A stretch of DNA of 64,000 nucleotides from Ranitomeya imitator. Its lineage: Eukaryota. This document shows, in pieces, positions 36,417-48,599 of this stretch (its first letter is position 1; every line of letters begins with the position of its first letter). The stretch spans positions 381,238,001 to 381,302,000 of the forward strand of contig NC_091287.1 in the NCBI RefSeq assembly GCF_032444005.1, given 5' to 3'. The notes under the pieces are model-generated. The model searched no databases and was not told where the DNA came from. It was given only the letters and a program-made list of their open reading frames with translations. Made by a program: the position numbers and the translations under genes.

Positions 36417-37699
36417 CCCCTATCTGACCTCGGACGGGATAGTACGTCCGAGGTCAGATCCCCTGCTTTGATGCAGGGCTCCGCGGTGAGCCCGCATCAA
36501 AGCCGGGACATGTCAGCTGTTTTGAACAGCTGACATGTGCCCGTAATAGGCGCGGGCAGAATCGCGATCTGCCCGCACCTATTAACTAGTTAAATGCCGC
36601 TGTCAAACGCAGACAGCGGCATTTAACTAACGCATCCGGCCGGGCGGCCGGAAATGACGTCATCGCCGACCCCAGTCACATGATCGGGGGTCGGCGATGC
36701 GTCTCCATTGTAACCATAGAGGTCCTTGAGACCTCTATGGTTACTGAACGCCGGTGGCTGTGAGCGCCACCCTGTGGTCGGCGCTCACAGCACACCTGCA
36801 TTTCTGCTACATAGCAGCGATCAGCAGATCGCTGCTATGTAGCAGAGGCGATCATGCTATGCCTGCTTCTAGCCTCCCATGGAGGCTATTGAAGCATGGC
36901 AAAAGTAAAAAAAAAAAAAAGTTGAAAAAAAATGTTAAAAAAATAAAAAAAAAAATATAAATCACCCCCCTTTCGCCCCAATCAAAATAAATCAATAAAA
37001 AAAAAAAATAAAATCTACACATATTTGGTATCGCCGCGCTCAGAATCGCCCGATCAACCAACTAAAAAAAAGCATTAACCTGATCGCTAAACGGCGTAGC
37101 AGGAAAAAAAATCAAAACGCCAGAATTACGTTTTTTTGGTCGCCGCGACATTGCATTAAAATGCAATAACGGTCGATCAAAAGAACGTATCTGCACCGAA
37201 ATGCTATCATTAAAAACGTCATCTCGGCACACAAAAAAATAAGCCCTCAACCGACCCCAGATCACGAAAAATGGAGACGCTACGGGTATCGGAAAATGGC
37301 GCAATTTTTTTTTTTTTTTTAGCAAAGTTTGGAATTTTTTTTCACCACTTAGATAAAAAATAACCTAGTCATGTTAGGTGTCTATGAACTCGTACTGACC
37401 TGGAGAATCATAATGGCAGGTCAGTTTTAGCATTTAGTGAACCTAGCAAAAAAGCCAAACAAAAAACAAGTGTGGGATTGCACTTTTTTTGCAATTTCAC
37501 CGCACTTGGAATGTTTTTCCCGTTTTCTAGTACACGACATGCTAAAACCAATGATGTCGTTCAAAAGTACAACTCGTCCCGCAAAAAATAAGCCCTCACA
37601 TGGCCAAATTGACGGAAAAATAAAAAAGTTATGGCTCTGGGAAGGAGGGGAGTGAAAAACGAACACGGAAAAACGAAAAATCCCAAGGTCATGAAGGGG
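36417..37699. mobile_element. piggyBac-like non-autonomous element (1.3 kb)
   Basis: TTAA TSD (36413-36416, 37700-37703); right end gtcatgaagggg; the empty TTAA site is visible in the paralogous segment at 51164-51167. Confidence 0.85.
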
Positions 37700-37741
37700 T
37701 TAATATTCAGTAATCAACCTCTACACAATTTCTCTGGGTAA

Positions 37742-37937
37742 GGCCAGGATCACACATGCGAGAAACACGTCCGTGTCTCGCATGTGAAATCCAAGCTCTG
37801 GCGACGGCACTTCGGAGCGGAGCGTGCGGCCGCATAGGAACACATGGAGCCGCACGCTCCGCTCTGGAGTGCAGGCGCCAGAGCTTGGGTTTCACATGCG
37901 AGACACGGACGTGTTTCTCGCATGTGTGACTCCGGCC
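37742..37937. mobile_element. Harbinger-like MITE
   Basis: ggccaggatcacac / gtgtgactccggcc, TAA/TAA flanks. Confidence 0.75.
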
Positions 37938-38320
37938 TAATGATTAAAAATAGAAACAGTCTGGGAAAAAACCCTACTTTACCGCGATGGTTGAGTACAG
38001 AATGCACCAGTGATCTGCACTAAGTCAGGAGATTATAACATCCCTGGTGGTCAAGGGCTGCTCACTACTAGGACAACCCCTTTAATTAAAGTGCCCCGTG
38101 TAAAATAAAAACACCACATATTCTCCTGCAAGACCAGCTCCTTTGCAGCCATCACTGGCTGCAGAGCTCACATTTCACTTTGACCATGTTGTTCAATATT
38201 CATATCACATAATATCACGCAATTGCACACAGACAAGTGCTGACAACACTGGGACGGTGTTGGTCCAGGCGAGTATACGGTGTTTTCATTGTACATCGGG
38301 CACTTAAAAAAAAAAAAAAA

Positions 38321-38408
38321 ATGTCTCATCTGCTTTTTTTCTACAAAATTAAACAACTGACTGAATATCCTCCAAGGCCGGTGATTCCGTAATTTTTGCC
38401 AGAGGTTG
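38321..38408. mobile_element. Solo right end of the same Tc1 family as 33828-35976
   Basis: Matches 35890-35976; followed by TA (38409-38410). Confidence 0.75.
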
Positions 38409-38757
38409 TATATTTATTAGGTAACATCTCCCATTATACTCTATGGACCAGAAAGTCAGAAGATGGGTAAACAGAGCAAATTCTGCCATATCCAATTATA
38501 AGGCTCCAACTCCGCATTCAGATGCTGTTTAGAAGGTGCAAATTATGAAAAGAGATTCGCACCAGATTTTGTGCTCACTCTGGTTTCTGTAAAACTGAGG
38601 GAAATCATCTGATACAACACTGCACATTTGCCAGCCCCCTTTTTTGACATAGCTGATACATAGCTGGAGTCACGGACAGATTTAACTATTGAAGTGAACA
38701 GTCATCCAGCCCCTTTCTCACACACACAGACGATGTGCCAGTGCAAACCTATAATGA

Positions 38758-40000
38758 GGCCTCTTTCACACTTCCGTCTTTTCAGATCCATTGCAATGTG
38801 TCATTTGGGAAAAAAAAAACGGATCCTGCAAATGTGCCCACAGGATCCGTTTTTTTCTCATAGACTTGTATTAGCGACGGATGGCCACATGTCACATCCG
38901 TCGTGCGACAGATCCGTCGTGTTTTGGCGGACCATCTGGAAAAAAACAGTTCAATGTAACTTTTTTGTCTGCGTCGGGAAAACGTGTTGCGACGGATCCT
39001 GCGGCATTCGTCGCTGACTAGAATGGAAGCCTATGGACGCAAGATCCGTCGTGACACATCGTATGACGGAATCCAGCGCTGGAATCAGTTTTTTTTTTTT
39101 GTTTTTTGTTTTTTTTTTTAACACAGCATGCTCAGAACCAAGAATTTGTAGCCAATTGGCCAGACAGGCCCCAAATCTACATAAACCTGGCCTGGGGCGT
39201 CACCCACAAATGTGCCAGCAAGACTCCTGCCAGCCTGAAGACAGACAGCCAGTCAATATATTGGTTTCCCTATTTTCCAGTAGCCAATCACATTTGGGAG
39301 ACTCCCATTTTTAGGCATGGAAAATGGATCCGTCAAAAAAAAAAGGGAAAAAACGGATGGTAAAAACGGATGCAAGGGATCCAGTTATTTTTGACGCATC
39401 CGTCGATACGTCGCACTGACGCATTGTGACGGATTAAAAAAAACGGAAGTGTGAAAGAAGCCCAAGGCCTCTTTCACACTTTCGTCTCTGTAGCCCTATC
39501 GAGATACGTTTTTTTTTAAAAAAACAGGATCCTGCAAAAAAATTTGCAGGATCCTGCAAAATCTCATAGACTTGTATTAGCGACGTATCGCGACGGATGG
39601 CCACACGTTTTGTCCGTCGTGCACTGGATCCTGCGAGATTTGTCGGCCCGTCTTTTCAAAAAAAGTTCCGTGAAATGTTTTTTGTGTGCAGTGGAAAAAC
39701 GTTCGACGCCTCCTGCGGCATACGTCCTTCCACAGAATGGGAGCCTATGGACAATGGATCTGCGCACACTGTGAAACGCAGGAATCCAGTGACTGATGCA
39801 GTTTTTACTTCTGAGCATGCCCGGAAGCATATTCCAAAGTCAGTCTCTCTCTCCATAAAATTCGGCCAGGAACTCAGTCGACGCATCCGTCATAACACTG
39901 GATGCGTCGCACACATTTTCCTCTATTTTCACAACATCCGTCGACGCGTCATTTCACTGCACTATGACGCACAGCCAACGATGGAAGTGTGAAAGAGGCC
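38758..40000. mobile_element. Two head-to-tail MITEs (38758-39462, 39466-40000) of the ggcctctttcacac family
   Basis: TIRs ggcctctttcacac / gtgtgaaaga(a/g)gcc separated by 3 bp (caa). Confidence 0.7.
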
Positions 40001-40263
40001 TAAGAAGTTACCCAATCATAAGTGGAATTGTCATTGAGGGAATACAGCAAATGCCCCAGAGAAAGTCAGAACCGACGTTTCCAATGTAATCTGGGTCTAA
40101 TGATGCGTAACCTTAGCTCATTTAAATCGCTTTACTCCTGTCTCACCATTATACAGAGCAGGAGAGATGAGCTGTCCAGTAATGCCATCACATACAAGCT
40201 GTGGCGCTGGCCCAGGTGTAAGGAGTAATGCCCAGATAACTGGGATAGATCTAGAGTGCTGTA

Positions 40264-41825
40264 CAGTCATGGCCAAAAGTTTTGAGAATGAGACAAATAT
40301 TAATTTTTCCAAAGTCTACTGCTTCATTTTTTCTAATGGCAATTTGCATATACTCCTGAATGTCAGAGTGATCAGCTTAACAGCAATTACTGTACTTGCA
40401 AAATCAATATTTGCCCAGAAAATGAACTTTAACCCCCAAAACACATTTCAACATCATTGCAGTCCTGCCTTAAAAGGAGCAGCTAACATCGTTTTAGTGA
40501 TTGATCCATTAACACAGGTGTGGGTGTTGATGAGGACAGGGCTGGCGATCAGTCATGATTAAGTAAGAATGACATCACTGGACACTTTAAAAGGAGGCTG
40601 GTGCTTGGTATCATTGTTTCTCTTCAGTTAACCATGGTTATCTCTTAAGAAACACGTGCAAACATCATTGCACTGCACAAAAATGGCCTAACAGGGAAGA
40701 GTATCTCAGCTACAAAGATTGCACCTCAGTCAACAATCTATTGCATCATCAAGAACTTCAAGGAGAGAGCTTCCATTGTTGTCAAAAAGGCTCCAGGGCG
40801 CTCAAGAAAGACCAGCAAGCGCCAGGACCGTATCTTAAAACTTTTTCAGCTGTGGGATCAGACTACCAGCAGTACCGAGCTTGCTCAGGAATGGCAGCAG
40901 GCTGGTGTGAGTGCTTCTGCACGCACTGTGAGGCGGAGACTCTTTGAGCAAGGCCTGGTTTCAAGGAGGGCAGCAAAGAAGCCACTTCTCTCCAGAAAAA
41001 ACATCAGGGACTGACTGATATTCTGCAAAAGGTACAGGGAGTGGACTGCTGAGGACTGGGGCAAAGTTATTTTCTCCGATGAATCCCCTTTTCGATTGAT
41101 TGGGACATCTGGAAAACAGCTTATTCGGAGAAGAAGAGGTGAGCGATACCACCAGTCTTGTCTCATGCCAACTGTAAAGCATCCTGAAACCATTCATGTG
41201 TGGGGTTGCTTCTCAGCCAAGGGAATCGGCTCACTCACAGTCTTGCCTAAAAACACAGCCATGAATAAAGAATGGTACCAGAATGTCCTCCAAGAGCAAC
41301 TTCTCCCAACCGGCCAAGAGCAGTTTGGCGCCCAACAATGCCTTTTCCAGCATGATGGAGCACCTTGCCATAAAGCAAAGGTGATAACTAAATGGCTCAT
41401 GGAACAAAACAGAGATTTTGGGTTCATGGCCTGGAAACTCCCCAGATCTTAATCCCATTGAGAACTTGTGGTCAATCATCAAGAGACGGGTGGACAAACA
41501 AAAACCAACAAATTCTGGCAAAATGCAAGCATTGATTATGCAGGAATGGACTGCTATCAGTCAGGATTTGGTCCAGAAGTTGATTGAGAGCATGCCAGGG
41601 AGAATTGCAGAGGTCTTGAAGAAGAAGGGTCAACACTGCAAATATTGACTTGCTGCATTAACTCATTCTAACTGTCAATATAACCTATTGGTACTCATAA
41701 TATGATTGCAATTATATTTCTGTATGTGATATAAACATCAGGCAAACACTAATAAAAACCAGGGGGCAGCAGATCATGTGAAAACATAATTTTGGTGTCA
41801 TTCTCAAAACTTCTGGCCATGACTG
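40264..41825 (+). mobile_element. Tc1-family transposon with degenerate transposase (~40634-41648)
   Basis: TIR cagtcatggccaaaagttttgagaatga / tcattctcaaaacttctggccatgactg; TA TSD; fragments FSDESPF, FQHDGAPCH and SPDLNPIENLW split by stops and frameshifts. Confidence 0.92.
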
Positions 41826-42868
41826 TATGTGCCAAACACTGCATGTACAACCCATTGTACAAGAAGCGCTCCTCGTGTTGTGCGAGGACATTCATAATTA
41901 GAGTTGGTGAGAGTTTATTCACATGTCTCCGTCCATCAGCCATGACAGTGATCGCTGGATGGGAGCACCACCCATTACCTGATGGCATCTAAGGCTCCTA
42001 TTTTGATTTGATGGCCTGGCACAACATTACTTGTACGTCACACAACAATTATGTTGCACCATTCCAAGTACGGTAATCAAAACAAGAGTCACAGATGCCA
42101 ACAGGTAAGGCTTCTTTCACACTTACCGTGATTTTAGCTGCCTGTTTTTGCAGGCCGGATCGCCACAATTTTCCCGGTCTGCTGCAAAAATCTGCGAATA
42201 GCCGTTTTTCTGTATTAGAATAGTAGGAAAAAAGTAGGGACCAAAAAAAAAAAAAAAAAAAATTTTAAGGCCGTGTCCGTAAGCCGTGAAAAATAAATCG
42301 AACAGGCTCAATATTCTTTCACGGCCGTAGATACGGCGCTGTGTGGAATTATTGCGGCCTCATAGAAATCTATTGGGGCTGCAAAAATGGGATGAAAAAC
42401 CATGGCAAGTGTAAAAGCCTAAGAGACAGCTCTCACTCACCTGCCCAGTGGCTACAGATCACTGGTGTGTCTGACGGACTGGAACTTGTAAATCAATTTG
42501 TAACAATTCTAATCATCATCGTCATTACAGCACTAGGAAAGTAGAGCTGCAACAGGGAGCAGTGATGAAGATGACGGCATGTGAGAAATACTGCACTCTG
42601 GATCTCTCCCGGGTATCGGGGCATTACTCGCCAAAACCTGGGGTGGATCCATAGCATTGCATGTAACATTACACTACGTTTCTCCTCTCCAATGGTCTTC
42701 CTTCTCAGTGAGATAACGTTAGATGCATCAGTCTTACAATATCACATTGGGAGGGAAAAAAAAAAAAAAAAAATCAACACAGTTACAATATGCTACATTT
42801 ATACAGCCCAAAATAAGAACTGCTTCAAAACCCATGATAACTAGTCCCATCTAATACAAAGATCTTTA

Positions 42869-42968
42869 GGCTATGTGCCCACGTTGCAGAAAGTTTGCAG
42901 AATTTTCCTGATCAAATCCGGACTCCCTTGGAAGGAAATCCACTTGCGTTTTTTTTGGGCACATAGCC
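42869..42968. mobile_element. 100-bp Harbinger-like mini-MITE
   Basis: ggctatgtgccc / gggcacatagcc; flanks TTA/TGA. Confidence 0.6.
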
Positions 42969-43265
42969 TGACTGTGGCCGTGACTCAAAGTGTTTTCGCT
43001 AGATTTCGATCACAAACACTGACAAATTATAAGAAGCTTTTGCACAACTTGAAGTTTCCAAAGTAGATGGAGCATGGACAAGAAGAGTTGTGGTGAAGGC
43101 AATCCGACAAATTTTTCATAAATTACGCCAAAAACCTACTCTAGTCCAGAATGTCTGGAGTAACAATTCTGGTGAGGCGCACGGAGAAATGAATCCTACT
43201 CCTCCTGCAAGGCACACATGTGAAACACCAATTTTAACTACTTGGGTCAAAAATATACACATTAA

Positions 43266-43837
43266 AGGGAATCTGTCACCCCAAAATCAAAGATGAGCTA
43301 AGCCCACCGGCATCAGGGGATTATCTACAGCATTATGGAATGCTGTAGATAAGCCCCCGACGTATCCTGAAAGATGAGAAAAAGAGGTTAGATTATACTC
43401 ACCCAGGGGCGGTCCCGGTCCTCCCATCTTCATAGGATGACGTCCTCTTCTTGTCTTGACGTTGCGGCTCCAGTGCAGGCATACTTTATCTGCCCTGTTG
43501 AGGGTAGAGCAAAGTACTGAAGTGCACAGGCGCTGGGCCTTTCTGACCTTTCCCGGCGCCTGCGCACTGCAGTACTTTGCTGTGCCCTCAACAGGGCAGA
43601 CAAAGTACGCTGGAGCCACAGCATGAAGACAAGAAGAGGATGTCATCATAAGATGGAAGGCCCCGGACCGCGACGCCCATCGGACCGGACCGCCCCTGGG
43701 TGAGTATAATCTAACCTCTTTTTCTCATCTTTCAGGATACATCAGGGGCTTATCTACAACATTACAGAATGCTGCAGATAAGCTCCTGATGCTGGTGGGC
43801 TTAACTCCTCTTCGATTTTGGGGGTGACTGGTTCCCT
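43266..43837. mobile_element. Kolobok/T2-like MITE
   Basis: TTAA TSD; agggaatctgtcacc / ggtgactggttccct; internal inverted arms. Confidence 0.82.
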
Positions 43838-44047
43838 TTAAGAGTTAGATTTTAGGCTACCTTTAGGACAGCATTTTGCCGGGCTTCGAGGGATTTTGTT
43901 TGGGATAAAGCTGTATAGAGTTTAAAACAGAATGTGAGCATATTACTGACCTACTGAAATACTTACAGCTCCAACACAGCTCCAGCACCCCCTCTCCACT
44001 GCCCCTGCCAGTCTTTGTTGACTGGGCTGGAGTGGTAATGCAACGTT

Positions 44048-44215
44048 TATTATTATTATTATTTTTTTATTTATATAGCACCATTAATTCCATGGTGCTG
44101 TACATGAGAAACGGGTTACATACAGGGTTATAGATATTTACAGTACAAAACTTATGATGACAGACTAGTACAGAGGGGAGAGGACCCTGTCCTTGCTGAC
44201 TTACATTCTACATAG
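44048..44215 (-). mobile_element. LINE (L2-like) 3' end fragment
   Basis: Minus strand ends ...ggtgctatataaataa plus a (TAA)n tail, as is typical of L2-clade tails. Confidence 0.5.
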
Positions 44216-46219
44216 ATCATGGAGGTGCCCACATAGGCATCACTCCCCGAGGCCAGGGATCACCCAGTTGGCTGTAGACTGGATGCCACCACACATTAGT
44301 GGAGAGCAACAATGGCTTCAGTAAGCAAACATTATTTAATATTTTATTTTTTCCACTGAAAACGCTGATATATGTGAAGATAGCCTTGGGCAAAAGACTC
44401 AAGAGAAAGTTGACATTTGTCAAGCGGTGAAGGGTCGCAATGTGGAGAATTGTTTTGTGCTCACAAGGTGCAGCAATTCTTAAGGGTGCACCAGAAAAGA
44501 AGGTGGAGTAGTAAACCTCTTGCCAAATTATATCAAAGCCAAGTGGAGCAGAAGACAGAAGCAAACGAGAGGCGATGCCATGTCAACCTGCCTCCAGGGA
44601 GATTACTGCTAGGATGTGCCATTTCTTATTTTCTATGCGGCATTCATGCCTGGGTTTGCATTGTCTCCAAATGCTCGCCTGTGGAGAAAGAAGGAACACA
44701 CCCCCTTCTTCCTACTAGCTTTATATCACACCACTGTCAAATATATGGACGCACGGTCAAGAAAAAAAAAAATACACAATTGGTTTACAGATATGAAATA
44801 AATGAATATACCCCCTCCCGTACTGGGTGCTCCAGGCAGAACACTGTAACCTTTTTACAAAGAACAGGTAAGGTTATTAATTTGTGGTCCGTGTGTGCAG
44901 CCGAGACCGGCCAAATGCTGACACAATGCACTTTATTCTGCCTTGTGATTGATGTGATAAAATGGAAAGTAAAAGCACAAAACCTTAAGGTTGGCCTGAG
45001 AAGCTGTATGTAGCCTGGAGCCATGACAATGCAGGCAGCTGGGCAGGGACACATCCAGCAGCTGGAACTCAGCCACAACAATTTATAGCACAGAGGCCAG
45101 TGGGGGTCCACAGCAGCCATCCCCATGGGAAGGTGGAGGCGCACGCCGGCCACCATGGTCTCTCCACCTGGGGATGTTGGGGAGGGACCATGGTGGCCAT
45201 CAGAAGCCACCAACTCCCCAACAATGGGCCCACAGCGGCCAGCGGGAGCTGCCACCACCCACACCCGCAGGGGGGCCCACGGCAACTAGAGCAAGCCGCC
45301 ATCACCACCAACCCCCAGGGGAGCCCACAGAGGTAGCGTGGGCCATCGCTGCCACCACCATCATCAGGGGAGCCCATGGAGGCCAGTTCAAGCCGCCACG
45401 AACTGGGAGGGGCTACTGGAGTAGGCACAAATCACTACATCCCCTTTGGGGGTCGCAGCAAACAGCTAGCTGGTGCAAGATGATTTGCACAACCTGGTCC
45501 ATCACCGCATCGTATTCATAGACTGGATTATTTTTCTTACAGAGACAGAGCGTCTCCGCAAGATAAATAGACATGCTGCGGTCTGGAAAGACGCGCCACA
45601 TGTCCTGTTACACAGGGACGTCAGATGAGCCGTTCACGCACAGTGGACACGGGATATCATAAAACCCCCTCCGCTATGCTGTAACATCTGGACGCTGTGG
45701 CTGTACGCAGCAAATCCTGAAGGCTTCCTGACCGTGGAAGCATAGCCTAACTGTGGCATCCGTGGCTCTTTGTGCAATTAGCCGGCCTAGCGCAACATAG
45801 GCGAATGACAAACTGCAACAATGACATTGCGCCAATCCTAAGAATGCCAGATGCCGGTGTCAGGGACCATCCAGAGGGCACACATGACCCTAGTCGCTGG
45901 GCCGCTGCCTGCAAATCCAACTCTACGGCCAGCACAAGCCACAGCACCACAGTGCCCAGCACACAACAGAGGGGTGGCAGAGGCTGGCAACACTACACAG
46001 GTGGCCCAGGGGCTGTCAGTGGGCACACAGCCACGTCCCAGTATACATGTACCCCTCTGCCATGCCGCCGGGAACTCCTGGGGGACAGCACTGCCACACT
46101 CTGCCCGGGCACAGGGGGTGATAACCGCACTGAGGCACAATGTGCGGCACACAACAACACTGCCATGTCTGCCGCCCGAGTCCCGGCCTAGGCTCCCATG
46201 TGACCCGTCTGCCCCTTAC

Positions 46220-46490
46220 CTGCTGCACGCCGTTACTTGTATCCCGCCCGCCACACACTGCAGACCGTATCGGTGCGAGAAGCGGGGCGCACGGCGCTGA
46301 CTCCCCGGTATCTCCTCACGGCAGCGCTCACACCCCTCTTCTTCCCTCTCGGCCGCCCTCCCCCTCACTACGCGCTCCCCGCCTCCCTGCACACAGCCCT
46401 CAGCGACCTGCAGCGGATTGGACGACGCGCTGCAGATCACGTGATGCCAGGCCGGCGGAGCGAGATTGGACCAGATGTGGGCGGAGTCTC
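46220..46490 (-). promoter_or_regulatory. GC-rich promoter and non-coding first exon of a minus-strand host gene
   Basis: Donor CAG|GTAAGG at 46220/46219; CCAAT boxes 46417-46421 and 46465-46469; E-box TCACGTGA 46437-46444; GC box 46479-46486; CpG-rich. Confidence 0.65.
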
Positions 46491-46769
46491 GGCGAGCTGT
46501 CACTCACAGGGCGTACACAGCACAGCCTGCACGTATAGAGCAGAGGGCTGCGTGACAATGGGGCGTGCAGCTGCACCGCTACCAAAGGGGGCGCTGCCGC
46601 GTCCTACGTCCAGCACAGCATACAGTAATCTGTCAGTGTCTGGCCCATCCCCCACTCACGTCCTGGCTGCCAGAGATAACGCACTTCCACATAGCTCCTC
46701 CCTCCACACGTCACGGAAAGGCGGGATCCGTCGGTACAAGCTGGCACTTGGAAACAGATCTGCCGCCTC

Positions 46770-47190
46770 TGATTGGCTACTGGGTTACTGACGTCATCCA
46801 GGGATGGCTGCTGTGCCTAGAAGAAGGTTCTCGAAAGTGGAGGAGGGAGAGCACTGGTCCGAGGTGTCGGATGCTGCCAGCGGCTGCCCAGTCTTCCTCT
46901 TCGGCCATTCGGTTCTGTCTGTTGTCTTGTGTGTGTAGCACGGAGGTTGCCATTGTTGGGGTCGCCTTCACTATTGTTGTGATGGCGCAGTGAGTATTGT
47001 CCCATAGACGCCTCGGGCGCATGCGCGAAATCTAGGAAGGGTTAATGACGTCACTTGCGGCAGTGACGCAACCATCTGTTGTTTTGACAGCGACTGTTAT
47101 TGAGGTACTAACATGTGCGACTGTGAACCGCCGGCAGAGGGCGACCTTCCGTGATGGCAAAGAGATGTAGCTTGTAACTATGGAAACTGC
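46770..47190 (+). promoter_or_regulatory. Promoter module of a plus-strand host gene
   Basis: Reverse CCAAT 46772-46776; CRE TGACGTCA 46789-46796 and 47046-47053; NRF1-type GCGCATGCGC 47017-47026; RFX X-box-like GTAACTATGGAAAC 47174-47187; donor GCA|GTGAGT at 46989/46990. Confidence 0.55.
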
Positions 47191-47324
47191 TCGTTCTTCC
47201 TGGAGCCTGCCGGTGTCCTTGGTGCCTGCTGATTGCAGTGCACTGGTGTCGTGCTTAGTGGCTGCAGCGGTGTGAGGATCATTGGGTGACAACATATCTG
47301 TCAGCATGTACACAGACCGGTGTA

Positions 47325-48166
47325 ATAGTGTGAGGCTGGTGTAATACCATGAGGTTGGTCCGACAGTGTGAGGCTGGTGTAATACCGTGAGGCTGGTCCG
47401 ACGGTGTGCGGCTGGTGTACTAGTGTGTGTGAGGCTGGTGTAATACCGTGAGGCTGGTCCGACGGTGTGCGGCTGGTGTACTAGTGTGTGTGAGGCTGGT
47501 GTAACACTGTGGGGCTGGTGTACTAGTGTGTGTGTGTGTTTGTGAGGCTGGTGTAATACTGTGGGGCTGGTGTAATACCATGAGGCTGGTTCAACAGCGT
47601 GAGGTTGGTCCGACAGTGTGAGGCTGGTGTAATACCGTGAGGCTGGTCCGACAGTCTAAGGCTGGTGTAACACCTTGTGGCTGGTCCGACAGTGTAAGGC
47701 TGGTGTAACACCGTGAGGCTGGTCCGACAGTGTAAGGCTGGTGTAACACCGTGAGGCTGGTCCGACAGTGTAAGGCTGGTGTAACACCGTGTGGCTGGTC
47801 CGACAGTGTAAGGCTGGTGTAACACCGTGAGGCTGGTCCGACAGTGTAAGGCTGGTGTAACACCGTGAGGCTGGTCCGACAGTGTAAGGCTGGTGTAACA
47901 CCGTGTGGCTGGTCCGACAGTGTAAGGCTGGTGTAACACCGTGAGGCTGGTCCGACAGTGTAAGGCTGGTGTAACACCGTGAGGCTGGTCCGACAGTGTA
48001 AGGCTGGTGTAACACCGTGTGGCTGGTCCGACAGTGTAAGGCTGGTGTAACACCGTGAGGCTGGTCCGACAGTGTAAGGCTGGTGTAACACCGTGAGGCT
48101 GGTCCGACAGTGTGAGGTTGGTGTAATACCGTGAGGCTGGTCCGACAGCGCGAGGCTGGTGTAATA
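47325..48166. repeat. 38-bp minisatellite (two related 19-bp halves)
   Basis: ggctggtccgacagtgtaa + ggctggtgtaacaccgtga; the ORF track shows a 38-aa periodicity (3 units). Confidence 0.93.
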
Positions 48167-48242
48167 CCCGATGTCTGGCCAATCTTACAGATGAGTCCAC
48201 TTGGCTGAGTTGTCCGTTTGCTCCCACAGATCTTCTGTTTTA

Positions 48243-48434
48243 GGCCGGGGTCACACTTGCGAGTTCAATGCGAGAAACTCTCATCAATACCCGGCCCTGC
48301 TGCCGGCACTCGGGACCGGAGTTTGCGGTTGCATGTATTTCTATGTAGCCGCACGCTCCGGTCCAGAGTGCCGGCAGCAGTGCTCGGACTTGATGAGAGT
48401 TTGTCGCATTGAACTCGCATGTGTGACCCCGGCC
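48243..48434. mobile_element. Harbinger-like MITE (same family as 37742-37937)
   Basis: ggccggggtcacac / gtgtgaccccggcc; flanks TTA/TAA. Confidence 0.75.
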
Positions 48435-48599
48435 TAAGGAAGAGAATTGATTCTGCCCTATCTGTTGTGGTCCTAAAATAAGCCCCTTCTGCAGCCTATA
48501 GGGACCCGTTCTGCAGATGCTGGTTACACATGAGGAGTGTGAATAAGTGTGTTTGATCAGATATTTGGGATACATTTGCTGGACAAGTTTTTATCCTTG

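Noticed and set aside
44217-45521. Several 100-200-aa ORFs in unique-looking DNA
   Set aside because: No recognisable domain or convincing splice boundaries; the 45000-45450 part is GC-rich low complexity.
46802-46993. Short ORFs near the promoter (MAAVPRRRF..., MAEEEDWAAA... on minus)
   Set aside because: Both end at early stops with no homology evidence; at most uORFs in first exons.
47325-48166. Regular short direct repeats resembling a CRISPR array
   Set aside because: No unique spacers, no cas genes, and a eukaryotic context.
47523-48227. 234-aa and other long repetitive ORFs
   Set aside because: They are translations of the 38-bp minisatellite (38-aa period = 3 units), not genes.
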